Origin: a bacterium
GTDB taxonomy: Bacteria > SM23-31
DNA: 64,000 bases
Direction of reading: 5' to 3'
Assembly: GCA_965249485.1 (NCBI GenBank)
Contig: OZ252239.1
Location: forward strand, 800,001 to 864,000
The notes below the pieces were generated by a model. The model searched no databases. It was not told the origin of the DNA and was given only the letters and a program-made list of their open reading frames with translations. Position 1 is the stretch's first letter. The number at the start of each line of letters is the position of its first letter. A program made the position numbers and the translations under genes. Shown piece by piece: positions 52,167-62,412 of this stretch.

Positions 52167-53102
52167 ATGACAATTATTGACTGCAAAGGAATCACGAAGT
52201 CCTTTCGCACAGGGTTGGCAAAAAATAAATTTATTGCTCTCGACGATGTTGAGCTTGAGATACAGCAGGGTGAAATTTTCGGCATTCTCGGCCCAAACGG
52301 CGCCGGAAAAACCACACTCCTGAAAATAATTCTTGGCCTTGTCTATCCTGACAAAGGTGAAGTGACGGTATTCAGTCAAAATGTAAAGGATCATACATCA
52401 CGGAGTAAGGTCGGATACCTGCCTGAAACACCCAATTTACCTCCATATTTGACAGCAAAGCAGACCCTTGAATTATTTGGAAAACTGTCGGGTGTTTCAT
52501 CAAAAGAAATAAAATCAAGGACTACCGAAATTCTGATTGAAGTGAAAATGGACAAATGGGGGGACAAAAAGACATCGACTTTTTCCAAAGGAATGGTCCA
52601 ACGTCTCGGTCTTGCCCAGGCACTTGTTAGTGAACCTGATTTAATTTTCCTGGACGAGCCAACCGACGGTGTCGATCCAATCGGACGAAAAGAAATCCGT
52701 GATATTCTCCTGCGTCTGAAACAACAGGGGAAGACAATCTTTCTCAATTCCCATCTCCTGAGCGAGACAGAGATGATATGTGACCGGGTTGCAATCATGG
52801 ATAAGGGAAAAATCGTGGCAGTGGGAGGAATCGAAGATCTGACATTATCCCTGAATAGTTACCGGATTAAATGCAAAGAACTGTCGAACGGTATTGCGGA
52901 TAAATTACAGGGAATTGCTCGGGTGAAAATAGTGGAGAACGGAACGATTGACACACTGGTCGAAAATTTGGAAGGTTTGAACAGGGTAATCGATGTGCTG
53001 AGGGGAGAAAAAATCATTATCGAGTCAATCTCCCAGAACAGGCAAAGCCTTGAATCGTATTTTGTCGACCTGATAACGGACTTACGCGGAGAGGAGGTCT
53101 GA
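52167..53102 (+). CDS. ABC transporter ATP-binding protein
   Basis: Motifs GPNGAGKTT, FSKGMVQR, FLDEPT and NSH. Confidence 0.95.
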   Translation: MTIIDCKGITKSFRTGLAKNKFIALDDVELEIQQGEIFGILGPNGAGKTTLLKIILGLVYPDKGEVTVFSQNVKDHTSRSKVGYLPETPNLPPYLTAKQTLELFGKLSGVSSKEIKSRTTEILIEVKMDKWGDKKTSTFSKGMVQRLGLAQALVSEPDLIFLDEPTDGVDPIGRKEIRDILLRLKQQGKTIFLNSHLLSETEMICDRVAIMDKGKIVAVGGIEDLTLSLNSYRIKCKELSNGIADKLQGIARVKIVENGTIDTLVENLEGLNRVIDVLRGEKIIIESISQNRQSLESYFVDLITDLRGEEV

Positions 53103-53104
53103 TC

Positions 53105-53935
53105 ATGGGTATTACAGCGATAATTCAGGATACACTCCGCGAGTGTATGGCGAAGAAGATTATTCTCCTGTTTCTGCTCATTGGTACGGTAAGTATACTC
53201 GGACTGTATCTGCTCCTCGATCTGGATATTCTGGAAAATGGTGTCGTTCTGTCGTTCATTTTTAATACAAATGAAGCAGAGTTCATGAGCCTTAACCAAT
53301 TCAATGATATTATGAAAGATGTGTTATCAGTATTGGCAATGGTGTTAATGAGTGTCAGTTTAATCCTTTCGGTATTAGCAACGGCAGACCTGATTCCGAG
53401 CCTCATGACGAAGGGACGGCTCGACCTCTATCTGGCACGTCCGGTATCACGGGCACAGCTCTTAATTGGAAAATATCTCGGTGCCTTAACCGTAGCTGGT
53501 GTAAGTGTCATGTACGCAATTTGCGGATTGTGGTTGGTATTCGGAGTAAAAACTGGGGTCTGGGATTTCAATTTTCTCTATACTATTGCAGGCACGCTGT
53601 TTATATTTGCAGCGCTCTATCCGTTCGTAATTGTAACAGGCCTCTATTTTAAGAATACGCCCATTATCCTCATCATTTCATGGATAATATTTGCTCTCGG
53701 TCATCCGCTTGCCTTTCGTCAATATGGTATTACTTTTATTAATAATAAACTATTTGAATATCCGGTGGAAGCGCTCTATTGGATATTGCCGAAGTCTTTT
53801 GAGGTAACTAACATTACGAAAAATCTGGTTGAAGGTGCGGTTGTCCAGAGTTGGATGCCGGTTACCAGTACCATTATCAGTTCACTTGGTATTTTCATGG
53901 TTGGAATTTTCTTTTTTTCACGAAAAAACTGCTAA
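53105..53935 (+). CDS. ABC-2 type permease
   Basis: About 6 TM helices; L.L.RPVSR.QLL.GKYLG motif. Confidence 0.9.
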   Translation: MGITAIIQDTLRECMAKKIILLFLLIGTVSILGLYLLLDLDILENGVVLSFIFNTNEAEFMSLNQFNDIMKDVLSVLAMVLMSVSLILSVLATADLIPSLMTKGRLDLYLARPVSRAQLLIGKYLGALTVAGVSVMYAICGLWLVFGVKTGVWDFNFLYTIAGTLFIFAALYPFVIVTGLYFKNTPIILIISWIIFALGHPLAFRQYGITFINNKLFEYPVEALYWILPKSFEVTNITKNLVEGAVVQSWMPVTSTIISSLGIFMVGIFFFSRKNC

Positions 53936-53958
53936 AAATTACTTGAGAGGGTACTTGA

Positions 53959-55017
53959 ATGATGCACAAATTAAATATTGTATTCCGTATGTTGGTTGTA
54001 TATACTGCAATTCTGCTTGTTCCGGGAGGATTGCTCAATAGTGATGAACTTAATGCTCAAGATAGGTCATTGCTGGACAGAATCCCTGTAGAAGCGTTTG
54101 CAGTTGCATCGCTTAACCCGAACAGCATTGTCGAATCGGCAATGCTGAGCTATCTCATTGAAGGTGATTCAACGTTGGTGGAGATGCGCGAACACGCCAT
54201 CAATGCGTTCGAAGGTCTATCTGGCGTCAAGGTGGATGAGCTGAAAAGCATCACTGTTTTTGTTGCTGAAGCCGAGAGTAAAAACGGCAATATCGGAGCA
54301 ATCGCTTCGGGAAATTTCAGCGGTTTGAATTACAATATTCTCAAAAGCATACACACTATTCCTGAACAAGTCATAGATATAAACGGATATGAGGTGCATG
54401 CACTGTCTGCACCACATAGAAATAAAAATCACGATGACGATTCAGACGAGACACATGGAAGTGCTATGGATAGTGATGAAGAGGATAAGGTTGTCTATGT
54501 GTTTTTTGATGATGAAGAAGTTCTTGCAGCAAACTCCCGCGATTTAATAGAACAGCTTCTCCGGCTTAAACGCGGAAACGGCTCCAGTCTCAGGAATAAC
54601 AGCAAATTTACTGACCGTTTTAATGCAACTCAGAATACAACGAGTTTCTGGGTCATCGTTCCCGATGGTAATGTTGTTGACGAATTCATTAATGAACACA
54701 GAAATGATGATGCATATATTGCTTCTCAGCTGTTTGCGAATATGAGTCTAATGGGTAGTGCGGATATTTCAGAGAATGTCGAATTGAATATGCAGGTCCA
54801 TAACTCTGATGGTGAGAAGCTCGATCATATATTCAACTTTGCGAACGGCATGAAGAGCCTTGCACTGCTGGGTACGATGAAAGAACCGGAATTAAAAAAC
54901 CTGATCACTCAGGTTGGTCTGAACAAACGGTCTGACTATATAGAACTCGATGCGCAATTGACCCTTGAAGATATCAAAATGTTGAAAGACCTACACAAAG
55001 ATTCGAACAGAAATTAA
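53959..55017 (+). CDS. Exported acidic hypothetical protein (paralog of 51037-52083)
   Basis: Same motifs as the paralog; His/Asp-rich loop HRNKNHDDDSDETH. Confidence 0.85.
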   Translation: MMHKLNIVFRMLVVYTAILLVPGGLLNSDELNAQDRSLLDRIPVEAFAVASLNPNSIVESAMLSYLIEGDSTLVEMREHAINAFEGLSGVKVDELKSITVFVAEAESKNGNIGAIASGNFSGLNYNILKSIHTIPEQVIDINGYEVHALSAPHRNKNHDDDSDETHGSAMDSDEEDKVVYVFFDDEEVLAANSRDLIEQLLRLKRGNGSSLRNNSKFTDRFNATQNTTSFWVIVPDGNVVDEFINEHRNDDAYIASQLFANMSLMGSADISENVELNMQVHNSDGEKLDHIFNFANGMKSLALLGTMKEPELKNLITQVGLNKRSDYIELDAQLTLEDIKMLKDLHKDSNRN

Positions 55018-55818
55018 AGCAAACCCATTGCAGACATCAATTGTTCTTAATGTTCCGTAATAATCAAGAGCCTGCCGAACATCAATCACCTTTGTTGACA
55101 ATATCCACATTGAAGTTGTAAAAATATATGCCCAGTTAATATTAGGATTAACCGATTGTATATCTGTGGGTCGTAACTGTGTAAGATTTATTTTAATTTT
55201 ATTTTATAAATCATAATTTATAATGGTAGATAAGCGGAATGACATTCAGTGGAGCACAAGTTCGAGTCCGCTCAAAAATCACAACGGCAACTTCTTCATT
55301 ATTTAAATTTACGGCAAGGATTCTGATATTTTCCCTTTCATATAAATGTTATTATGATTGCTCATTTTTCAAAAAAAGCGTTATTTCTGATAAGAACTGG
55401 CATGGTAATCATTTGTCAAGTTTTTCAATGAAAAAAATCCGTGTTTTTGTTTCTGAAATTTTTAATCTTGGTTTTAATATGTCACAATGATTTCAGCTTA
55501 AGTGTTTTCGCTTCTTTCACATCTGATCAATGAGTGGAATTTCCAGAATCAGCGTCACCCAAAATTGTGTTTTATCAAAAAAATCCGAATATTATTTTTG
55601 AGGATGTCTTAAAATTTATTTTTTATAGTTTAATAACTATGCAGTGTTTTATTAGAATGGAATACGGTAATTGATATAATTATAACTTATAATAATTTTA
55701 TTATATATCTTCCTGGTGGTTAATTGCATTTTTTAGTTATAGATTTTTTAACTGTTGTTTCTTCATCTCCAATGATTGTTACTGTAAAAATATAAATCTT
55801 AATTTGAAGGGTGAAATC

Positions 55819-56289
55819 ATGGAAAACACTACTGAAGGTTTACTGGTAGTCCTGAGAAAAACAGCTGGCAAGCTTCGGTTTACCAGCATTATTATTGCAT
55901 TTTTAACCATTTTGATTATTAGCCTTTTATTTAATACAGAATTGTTTACAGGATATACTCATGGAATCAGTATAGTTATAGTAATTGTTGTAATGGTATT
56001 ATTGACGTTTTTTGATATTATCCGCAGAAAGGGAAATACATATTATGAGGTTTTATGTACAGAATTACAATGGAGAGTTATGTCCGAAGAGGATATCAGA
56101 ATAGAAAAGGAACAAGCCGGAAAGTCTGGTAAAACTTCAGCAAGTAAAATACCCGATATAATTTCCAGAACGACAATAAGAAATTATTTACATTCAAGCC
56201 ATTTGCCAATTTTCCCTGGTGCCTTAGGTCTACCGATATATGGTTGTGTAAACTTCTTTGTTGCTGTGATTGTAGTATACGGAATGTAA
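55819..56289 (+). CDS. Hypothetical membrane protein (AT-rich)
   Basis: Three hydrophobic segments; FD..RRKG..YYE.L..ELQW. Confidence 0.7.
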   Translation: MENTTEGLLVVLRKTAGKLRFTSIIIAFLTILIISLLFNTELFTGYTHGISIVIVIVVMVLLTFFDIIRRKGNTYYEVLCTELQWRVMSEEDIRIEKEQAGKSGKTSASKIPDIISRTTIRNYLHSSHLPIFPGALGLPIYGCVNFFVAVIVVYGM

Positions 56290-56547
56290 TGAAATGTAGT
56301 ATATGGCATAAGTATTGACGTATGTTAAATATTGAGAATCCAAAATATTTTCTCTTGATGATGTAAAAAATTTCCAGATTAATGCATATGACGTATTATT
56401 TGTTAAGATTAATCTTTCTACATGCTTGTCAATCAATTTAAATTACTAATGATTAGCGTTATACTTAATTAACATCATTTCATTTTTCCCGGTCATTCAA
56501 TTTTTAACTTTTCCATTTTTTCCATTTTTACTAAACGTAATTGAGCG

Positions 56548-57984
56548 ATGAAATATAAACTACCCAAATCCGTTCATAATATTTTAACAATTTCTGGTAT
56601 ACTACTGACGATTCTTGGATTTGTAGTTTTCGGGATTATGTTTATTTTAGCGGAAATCAATTTAATTCCACACGGTCCTTACATTGGATTAATTCTCTAT
56701 ATTGTACTGCCCATCCCCATATTTACAGGTTTGATTCTCATTCCTTTAGGGATGTATTTGAACAGAATGAGAATGTTAACAAAATTAAATGAATTTAACT
56801 TTTTACCTGTAGTGGGGATATTTATAATTTTTGTAAGTTATCAAGGCTTTCATTATTCCGAATCGACCGAATTTTGTGGTACTCTTTGCCATGAAGTAAT
56901 GCAACCGGAGTTTGTCACTTATAAAAATTCACCACATGCGCGGATCACATGTGTGCAATGCCACGTTGGAAGTGACGTTGATTGGTATGCTCGGTCAAAA
57001 ATATCAGGACTGTACCAGGTGTATGCAGTAATTACAGATAAATTTCCCAGACCAATTGAGACGCCGATTGAAAATCTTCGTCCAGCAAGGGAAACATGTG
57101 AGCAGTGTCATTGGCCAGAGAAATTTTTTCCAGCACGAGAAAAGATGTTTAATCATTTCTTATCTGATCAAGATAATACACCCTGGCCAATAAATATGCT
57201 GTTTAAAATAAGCGGAGAATCACCGATTGAAACTGAACAGACAGGAAGCCACTGGCATATAAATTCAGACATAAAAATTGATTATATTGCTACAGATGAA
57301 AAACGTCTTGAGATCCCATGGGTGCGTTTAACCAATTTAATATCGGGAGAACAGGTCGTTTTTCAATCGGAAGTGAGCCCGTTGTCGGATGATGAATTTA
57401 ATGATCATCAAATAAGAACGATGGATTGTATGGACTGCCACAATAGGCCAGCTTATATATTCAAATCTCCAACAGATGCTATAAGTGAACAAATGGTTTT
57501 GGGAGCAATCTCCACTTCTCTACCAGAAATCAAAACTGTAGGAATAGAACTTTTAGCAGCAGATTATTCCTCTACGGATAGTGCAGCAATCGATATTCGC
57601 GAAGGGATCCAGAATTACTATTCTGAGAATTATCCTGATATTGCAGAGGAAAGTCTTTTTGAGATAAACAATTCTATTGATGCAATAAGAAATATCTATA
57701 CAGAAAACTTTTTTCCTCAAATGAATGCCTTTTGGAGAATTTATCCTGAACATAAAGGCCACTTTACCTCGCCGGGCTGTTTCAGATGTCATGATGGGCA
57801 GCATAGTTCACCACAAGGAACAACAATATCTAATGATTGCAATTCATGTCATCTAATCCTTTCACAAGGTGAAGAGTATGCGCAATATAGATCTGAGGGC
57901 CTTCCTTTCAAGCATCCGGAAGATATTGGTGAAGCTTGGAAAGAAATACCATGTCATGAATGTCACTCCACGGAGTATCAATAG
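56548..57984 (+). CDS. NapC/NirT-type membrane-anchored multiheme cytochrome c (7 heme motifs)
   Basis: Three N-terminal TM helices; FCGTLCHEVM, SPHA..CVQCH, CEQCH, CMDCH, CFRCH, CNSCH and CHECH. Confidence 0.9.
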   Translation: MKYKLPKSVHNILTISGILLTILGFVVFGIMFILAEINLIPHGPYIGLILYIVLPIPIFTGLILIPLGMYLNRMRMLTKLNEFNFLPVVGIFIIFVSYQGFHYSESTEFCGTLCHEVMQPEFVTYKNSPHARITCVQCHVGSDVDWYARSKISGLYQVYAVITDKFPRPIETPIENLRPARETCEQCHWPEKFFPAREKMFNHFLSDQDNTPWPINMLFKISGESPIETEQTGSHWHINSDIKIDYIATDEKRLEIPWVRLTNLISGEQVVFQSEVSPLSDDEFNDHQIRTMDCMDCHNRPAYIFKSPTDAISEQMVLGAISTSLPEIKTVGIELLAADYSSTDSAAIDIREGIQNYYSENYPDIAEESLFEINNSIDAIRNIYTENFFPQMNAFWRIYPEHKGHFTSPGCFRCHDGQHSSPQGTTISNDCNSCHLILSQGEEYAQYRSEGLPFKHPEDIGEAWKEIPCHECHSTEYQ

Positions 57985-58223
57985 CAGGTGCCTACTGATT
58001 ATTATTTTCCATAACTATGACCACAGAGTATTTCTTATGGATGCGATGTAAAATGTTTTAGGAAATGTTTCAAAACGTGTCGAAACTTTGTGCGAGATTT
58101 TAATTCATAAACATTTACTATTAAATATAAAACTTCATGCATTTTCTTTCATCACATCATATTCAATCAATCGTATTTATTATTGAACACATTCTCTCCA
58201 CAACGAAATAAGGAGATTATATT

Positions 58224-60272
58224 ATGCGTGGTATGCATCGCTTCATAACAATCATATTCATGGCACTGCTAATTCCGTTCTCTGTGTTTGCACAGTTAAT
58301 CACCATTCCCAACCGGTTTAACCAGCTCGACGTATTCGAGCTGGAGTATGGAGGAGATCCGCAGATTTCGCCGGATGGGCGGCACGTGGTCTATGTCCGG
58401 AACTTCATGGACATTATGGCAGACCGGGTGCGGTCGAATCTTTGGATCGTTAATTTCGACGGTACAGTGCACCGGCCGCTGACATCGGGGAATAACAACT
58501 ATTCGACCCCTCGCTGGTCGCCGGACGGAGAACGTCTCCTTTATAGCTCGAATGCCGATGGATCATCCCAACTCTACATGCGGTGGATGGATACTGGACA
58601 CACGGCTAAAATTACCAATTTTACCAAATCCGCCGGAAGCATTACCTGGTCACCCGACGGCAAGTCGATCGCATTCACGATGTTTGTCGATGACAAACCT
58701 GCACCGTTTGCGAAAATGCCTCCAAAACCTGAGGGAGCGGAATGGGCAAAACCGGCAAAATACATCGACAAACTGGTCTACCGCGCTGATGGTGCGGGTT
58801 ATCTCGATCCCGGTTATCGACACATTTTTGTTGTTCCGTCAGAAGGTGGTTCACCACGGCAGCTTACCTTCGGATATTTCAACCACAGCGGACCACTCGC
58901 GTGGACATCAGACGGCAAGTCGATCATTTTTTCAGCCAACCGGCACAACGATTGGGAATACAATGGCAACAATTCCGAAATCTACCGGGTATCGCTCGAT
59001 GATGGTGACATCGACGTCCTGACCAATCGGAACGGCCCCGATTCGAGTCCGGTCCTTTCGCCAGACGGGACGAAAATTGCCTATCTCGGATTCGATGACC
59101 AGCTTCACGGGTATCATGTGACAAAATTATACGTCATGAACGCTGACGGCAGGGAAAGTTTTGTTGTCACCGGGGATTTCGACCGTGATGTACAGGAGCC
59201 CTACTGGAACAGCACCAGTGACGGCCTCTTTTTCCGGTATGACACCGAAGGTAATACAAAAATCGCTCTTGTCGACCTGAATGGTAACGTCGAAATCCTT
59301 GCCCGTGATGTCGGTGGGCTGTCGCTCGGCCGTCCCTATTCCGGCGGTACCTATTCGGTCACACCGGACGGACAGTTTGCTTTTACTCATTCACGTCCCG
59401 ATCATCCAGCCGACATCGCTGTCGGACAAAGCGATTCGGACGATATTCGTATTATTACTGCACTAAACGAAGACCTCTTGGGTCATAAAAAACTCGGTGA
59501 AACAGAAGAAATCTGGTACCACTCAACCTTCGATAACAGGATGATTCAGAGTTGGCTTGTCAAACCGGCCGATTTCGATCCCGAAAAAGAGTATCCCCTT
59601 ATTCTCGAAATTCACGGCGGCCCCTTTGCCAACTATGGCGACCGGTTCTCCGCCGAAATTCAACTCTATGCCTCGGCTGGATATGTAGTGCTCTACGCAA
59701 ACCCACGCGGCAGCACAAGTTACGGCAAGCAGTTCGGCAACCTCATCCACCACAACTATCCCGGTGAAGATTACGATGACTTGATGTCGGGTGTCAACGC
59801 GGCTCTCGATCTGGATTATATCGATGAGGAAAACCTCTTTGTCACCGGCGGAAGCGGTGGGGGCGTACTGTCCGCATGGATCGTCGGGAAATCTGACCGG
59901 TTTGCAGCGGCGGTTGTGGCTAAACCGGTCATCAACTGGTACAGCTTTGTTCTCACATCCGACAGTTATCCATTTTTCTATAAGTACTGGTTTCCAGGTT
60001 TTCCGTGGGACCATCAGGACCATTACATGAAACGGTCACCGCTTTCACTCGTCGGAAATGTCACAACACCGACAATGCTCCTGACCGGAGAGGCTGACCA
60101 CCGGACACCGATATCCGAATCAGAACAGTTTTATCAGGCGCTTAAATTAATGCAAGTCGATGCTGCAATGGTCCGGATTCCTGATGCATCGCACGGTATT
60201 ACCGCGCGTCCGAGCAACCTCATTAAAAAAGTTGCGCACGTTCTCGTATGGTTCGAAAAATACCGGCGGTAA
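58224..60272 (+). CDS. S9 family peptidase (acylaminoacyl-peptidase-like)
   Basis: Signal peptide, WSPDG propeller repeats, IHGGP, NPRGSTSYG, GGSGGG, DHRTP and SHG. Confidence 0.95.
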   Translation: MRGMHRFITIIFMALLIPFSVFAQLITIPNRFNQLDVFELEYGGDPQISPDGRHVVYVRNFMDIMADRVRSNLWIVNFDGTVHRPLTSGNNNYSTPRWSPDGERLLYSSNADGSSQLYMRWMDTGHTAKITNFTKSAGSITWSPDGKSIAFTMFVDDKPAPFAKMPPKPEGAEWAKPAKYIDKLVYRADGAGYLDPGYRHIFVVPSEGGSPRQLTFGYFNHSGPLAWTSDGKSIIFSANRHNDWEYNGNNSEIYRVSLDDGDIDVLTNRNGPDSSPVLSPDGTKIAYLGFDDQLHGYHVTKLYVMNADGRESFVVTGDFDRDVQEPYWNSTSDGLFFRYDTEGNTKIALVDLNGNVEILARDVGGLSLGRPYSGGTYSVTPDGQFAFTHSRPDHPADIAVGQSDSDDIRIITALNEDLLGHKKLGETEEIWYHSTFDNRMIQSWLVKPADFDPEKEYPLILEIHGGPFANYGDRFSAEIQLYASAGYVVLYANPRGSTSYGKQFGNLIHHNYPGEDYDDLMSGVNAALDLDYIDEENLFVTGGSGGGVLSAWIVGKSDRFAAAVVAKPVINWYSFVLTSDSYPFFYKYWFPGFPWDHQDHYMKRSPLSLVGNVTTPTMLLTGEADHRTPISESEQFYQALKLMQVDAAMVRIPDASHGITARPSNLIKKVAHVLVWFEKYRR

Positions 60273-60360
60273 CACATTCTGATTAAGTATACACAGGCGT
60301 TTATTATCTCTTTGCTGTTACTTATAGAGATTCAGACGATTATTCTCTTTTAAGATATTT

Positions 60361-60390
60361 TTCTGCAACGAAACGGAGCAGTAATCCGTC
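60361..60390 (+). promoter_or_regulatory. Second putative ECF promoter
   Basis: TTCTGCAAC-N17-CGTC, with the same core and spacing as 49675-49704. Confidence 0.6.
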
Positions 60391-60433
60391 TCAAATATGG
60401 AGCGAGAATATGGAAAAAATAAGGAGCGAGAAA

Positions 60434-61735
60434 ATGGAAAAAGTATTGAAACGTGTCAGTTCACTTTTAGCAGTAATGCTTTGCATAATAGGAATCAATT
60501 TTAGTAGTGCTTTTGCTCAACAACAGCCTGTGGTTCTTTCAAATGTAACACTTATTGATGGTCATGGCGGTGAAAAGCAGGAAAACATGACCGTTGTTAT
60601 ACAGAACTATATTATTGCCGGAATCTTCCCGACACGGGATTATATACCGCAAAGCAACGCTGACGTCCTCGATTTGACAGGTCGCTACCTGATTCCCGGT
60701 CTGATCGATTCGCATGTGCACGTGTTTACTTCAAATTTAGTTGAGGAGGAAGGAAAATCCTCATTTGAAGAAGCGAAAAACTCTCTCCGTCGCGGGATAT
60801 ATGGAGGATTAACAACAGTACGTGATCTTGGCGGCAATACTGTCTTTCTTTCCCAGTTAAACAAACTTACCATAACCGGAGAAATTCCAGGACCTGAAAT
60901 ATACTTTTCTGCAATTATGGCCGGTCCATCATTTCTTGTAGAAGACGAGCGTCCACAAGCATCACGCGGCAGTTACCAGCCTGGTACAACACCCTGGATT
61001 CGGGCAGTAACACATGATAGCAACATAGAAGAAATAATCCTGAGCGCACGTGATTTTGGTGTAACTGCTATCAAAATGTACACTGAACTCGACAAAGAAA
61101 TTGTCTCGAGATTAACAGGGGAAGCTCATTATTATGGTCTGAAAGTTTGGAGCCATATTGAAATTTCTCCTGCAACCGCAGAAGATGCTATATTCGCCGG
61201 TGTTGATGTCATAACACATGCTGATATGTTTGCGAAATACTTAGAAGATGGAACACTTGATGACCTTTTACTCGAAATGAAAAAACGCGGTACAATCTTC
61301 GATCCTACATTGCTTGTAATGCAATTAATGGCGGAAATGCCGGAAGATGAAATACCTGAAGGAATGGAAGAAGAATTAAATGACATTCAAAATATACTTA
61401 AATCCTCTTATGAAATAGTGCGAAGAGCAAACGAATTGGGAGTTACTATTGTTGCCGGAACAGATGAACCGATTTCACATGATGATGATCAATTGCCCGG
61501 CCTCCATACTGAATTGGAATTACTCGTTGAGAACTGCGGATTCACGCCGATGGAAGCTTTGGTTGCCGCGACGAAAAACGGTGCGTTGGCAGTAGGTATG
61601 GAAAAACATATCGGTACCGTCGATGTCGGAAAAATTGCCGACCTCGTTGTATTACGGGATGATCCGACAGAAAACATCAGTAATACCCGCTCAATTGAAA
61701 TGGTATTCAAACAGGGTAAAAAATACGCTCAATAA
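60434..61735 (+). CDS. Exported amidohydrolase family protein (alternative start 60410)
   Basis: Motifs IPGLIDSHVH, G.TTVRDLG, IKMY, SH, TH, AGTD and GKIADLVVL..DP. Confidence 0.92.
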   Translation: MEKVLKRVSSLLAVMLCIIGINFSSAFAQQQPVVLSNVTLIDGHGGEKQENMTVVIQNYIIAGIFPTRDYIPQSNADVLDLTGRYLIPGLIDSHVHVFTSNLVEEEGKSSFEEAKNSLRRGIYGGLTTVRDLGGNTVFLSQLNKLTITGEIPGPEIYFSAIMAGPSFLVEDERPQASRGSYQPGTTPWIRAVTHDSNIEEIILSARDFGVTAIKMYTELDKEIVSRLTGEAHYYGLKVWSHIEISPATAEDAIFAGVDVITHADMFAKYLEDGTLDDLLLEMKKRGTIFDPTLLVMQLMAEMPEDEIPEGMEEELNDIQNILKSSYEIVRRANELGVTIVAGTDEPISHDDDQLPGLHTELELLVENCGFTPMEALVAATKNGALAVGMEKHIGTVDVGKIADLVVLRDDPTENISNTRSIEMVFKQGKKYAQ

Positions 61736-61806
61736 CAATATTCCTATGTTGAAACAGGGAATGTTATAAACGTATTCTTCACAATTTTTCTAAGGAGATT
61801 AACATT

Positions 61807-62364
61807 ATGATTGACGCATATCTGAATTTTGTAATAGGTTTTCCACTCCTGTCAAGCGCAGTACAGATAGCTATTCTGGGAACAGTCGGTGAGCTTCTTG
61901 CAACACGGATCAGGATGGGTAAGTGGTATTTTTTTGGACCAGGCCCTTGGCGGCTCATATTGAAAATTCTTGTCTGGGCATTTCTTGGAATTACATTTAA
62001 ATACGGATTCGTCGGATTCTTCGGCTTTGTAGCAGCGCTTGTGTCGCAGGGTTACTGGTTCAGTGCTGCTGATACTAATAACATTGTCAAAGCAATGTCT
62101 GTTTCATTTTTCGCGAATCTTATTTTTGGGCCTGTTTTTATGCTTTTTCACCGATGGACAGACAACTGGATCGAAAAGAAAGAGATGAATTGGGGAAGTC
62201 TCCAAAAAGCATGGTGGACGCTTATCTGGTTCTGGATACCGGCGCATACGCTCACATTCAGCATCCCCCACCATTTACAAATCGGTCTGCTTTCGCTTTG
62301 GACCGTCATACTGGGAATTATGCTCGGTTACTTTGCGAGGGCGCAACTCAATAAAACAGAGTAA
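61807..62364 (+). CDS. Membrane protein, Mpv17/PMP22-like
   Basis: Motifs LGT.GE, N..FGP.F and WFWIPAHTLTF..P..LQI. Confidence 0.7.
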   Translation: MIDAYLNFVIGFPLLSSAVQIAILGTVGELLATRIRMGKWYFFGPGPWRLILKILVWAFLGITFKYGFVGFFGFVAALVSQGYWFSAADTNNIVKAMSVSFFANLIFGPVFMLFHRWTDNWIEKKEMNWGSLQKAWWTLIWFWIPAHTLTFSIPHHLQIGLLSLWTVILGIMLGYFARAQLNKTE

Positions 62365-62412
62365 ATATAGACATGATTAGAACGTTGTTATATTATAATT
62401 AGGAAAATATTA

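Noticed and set aside
61750..61774. Third ECF promoter TGAAAC..CGTA
   Set aside because: The spacer is 15 nt rather than 17 and the core differs from the two matching sites.
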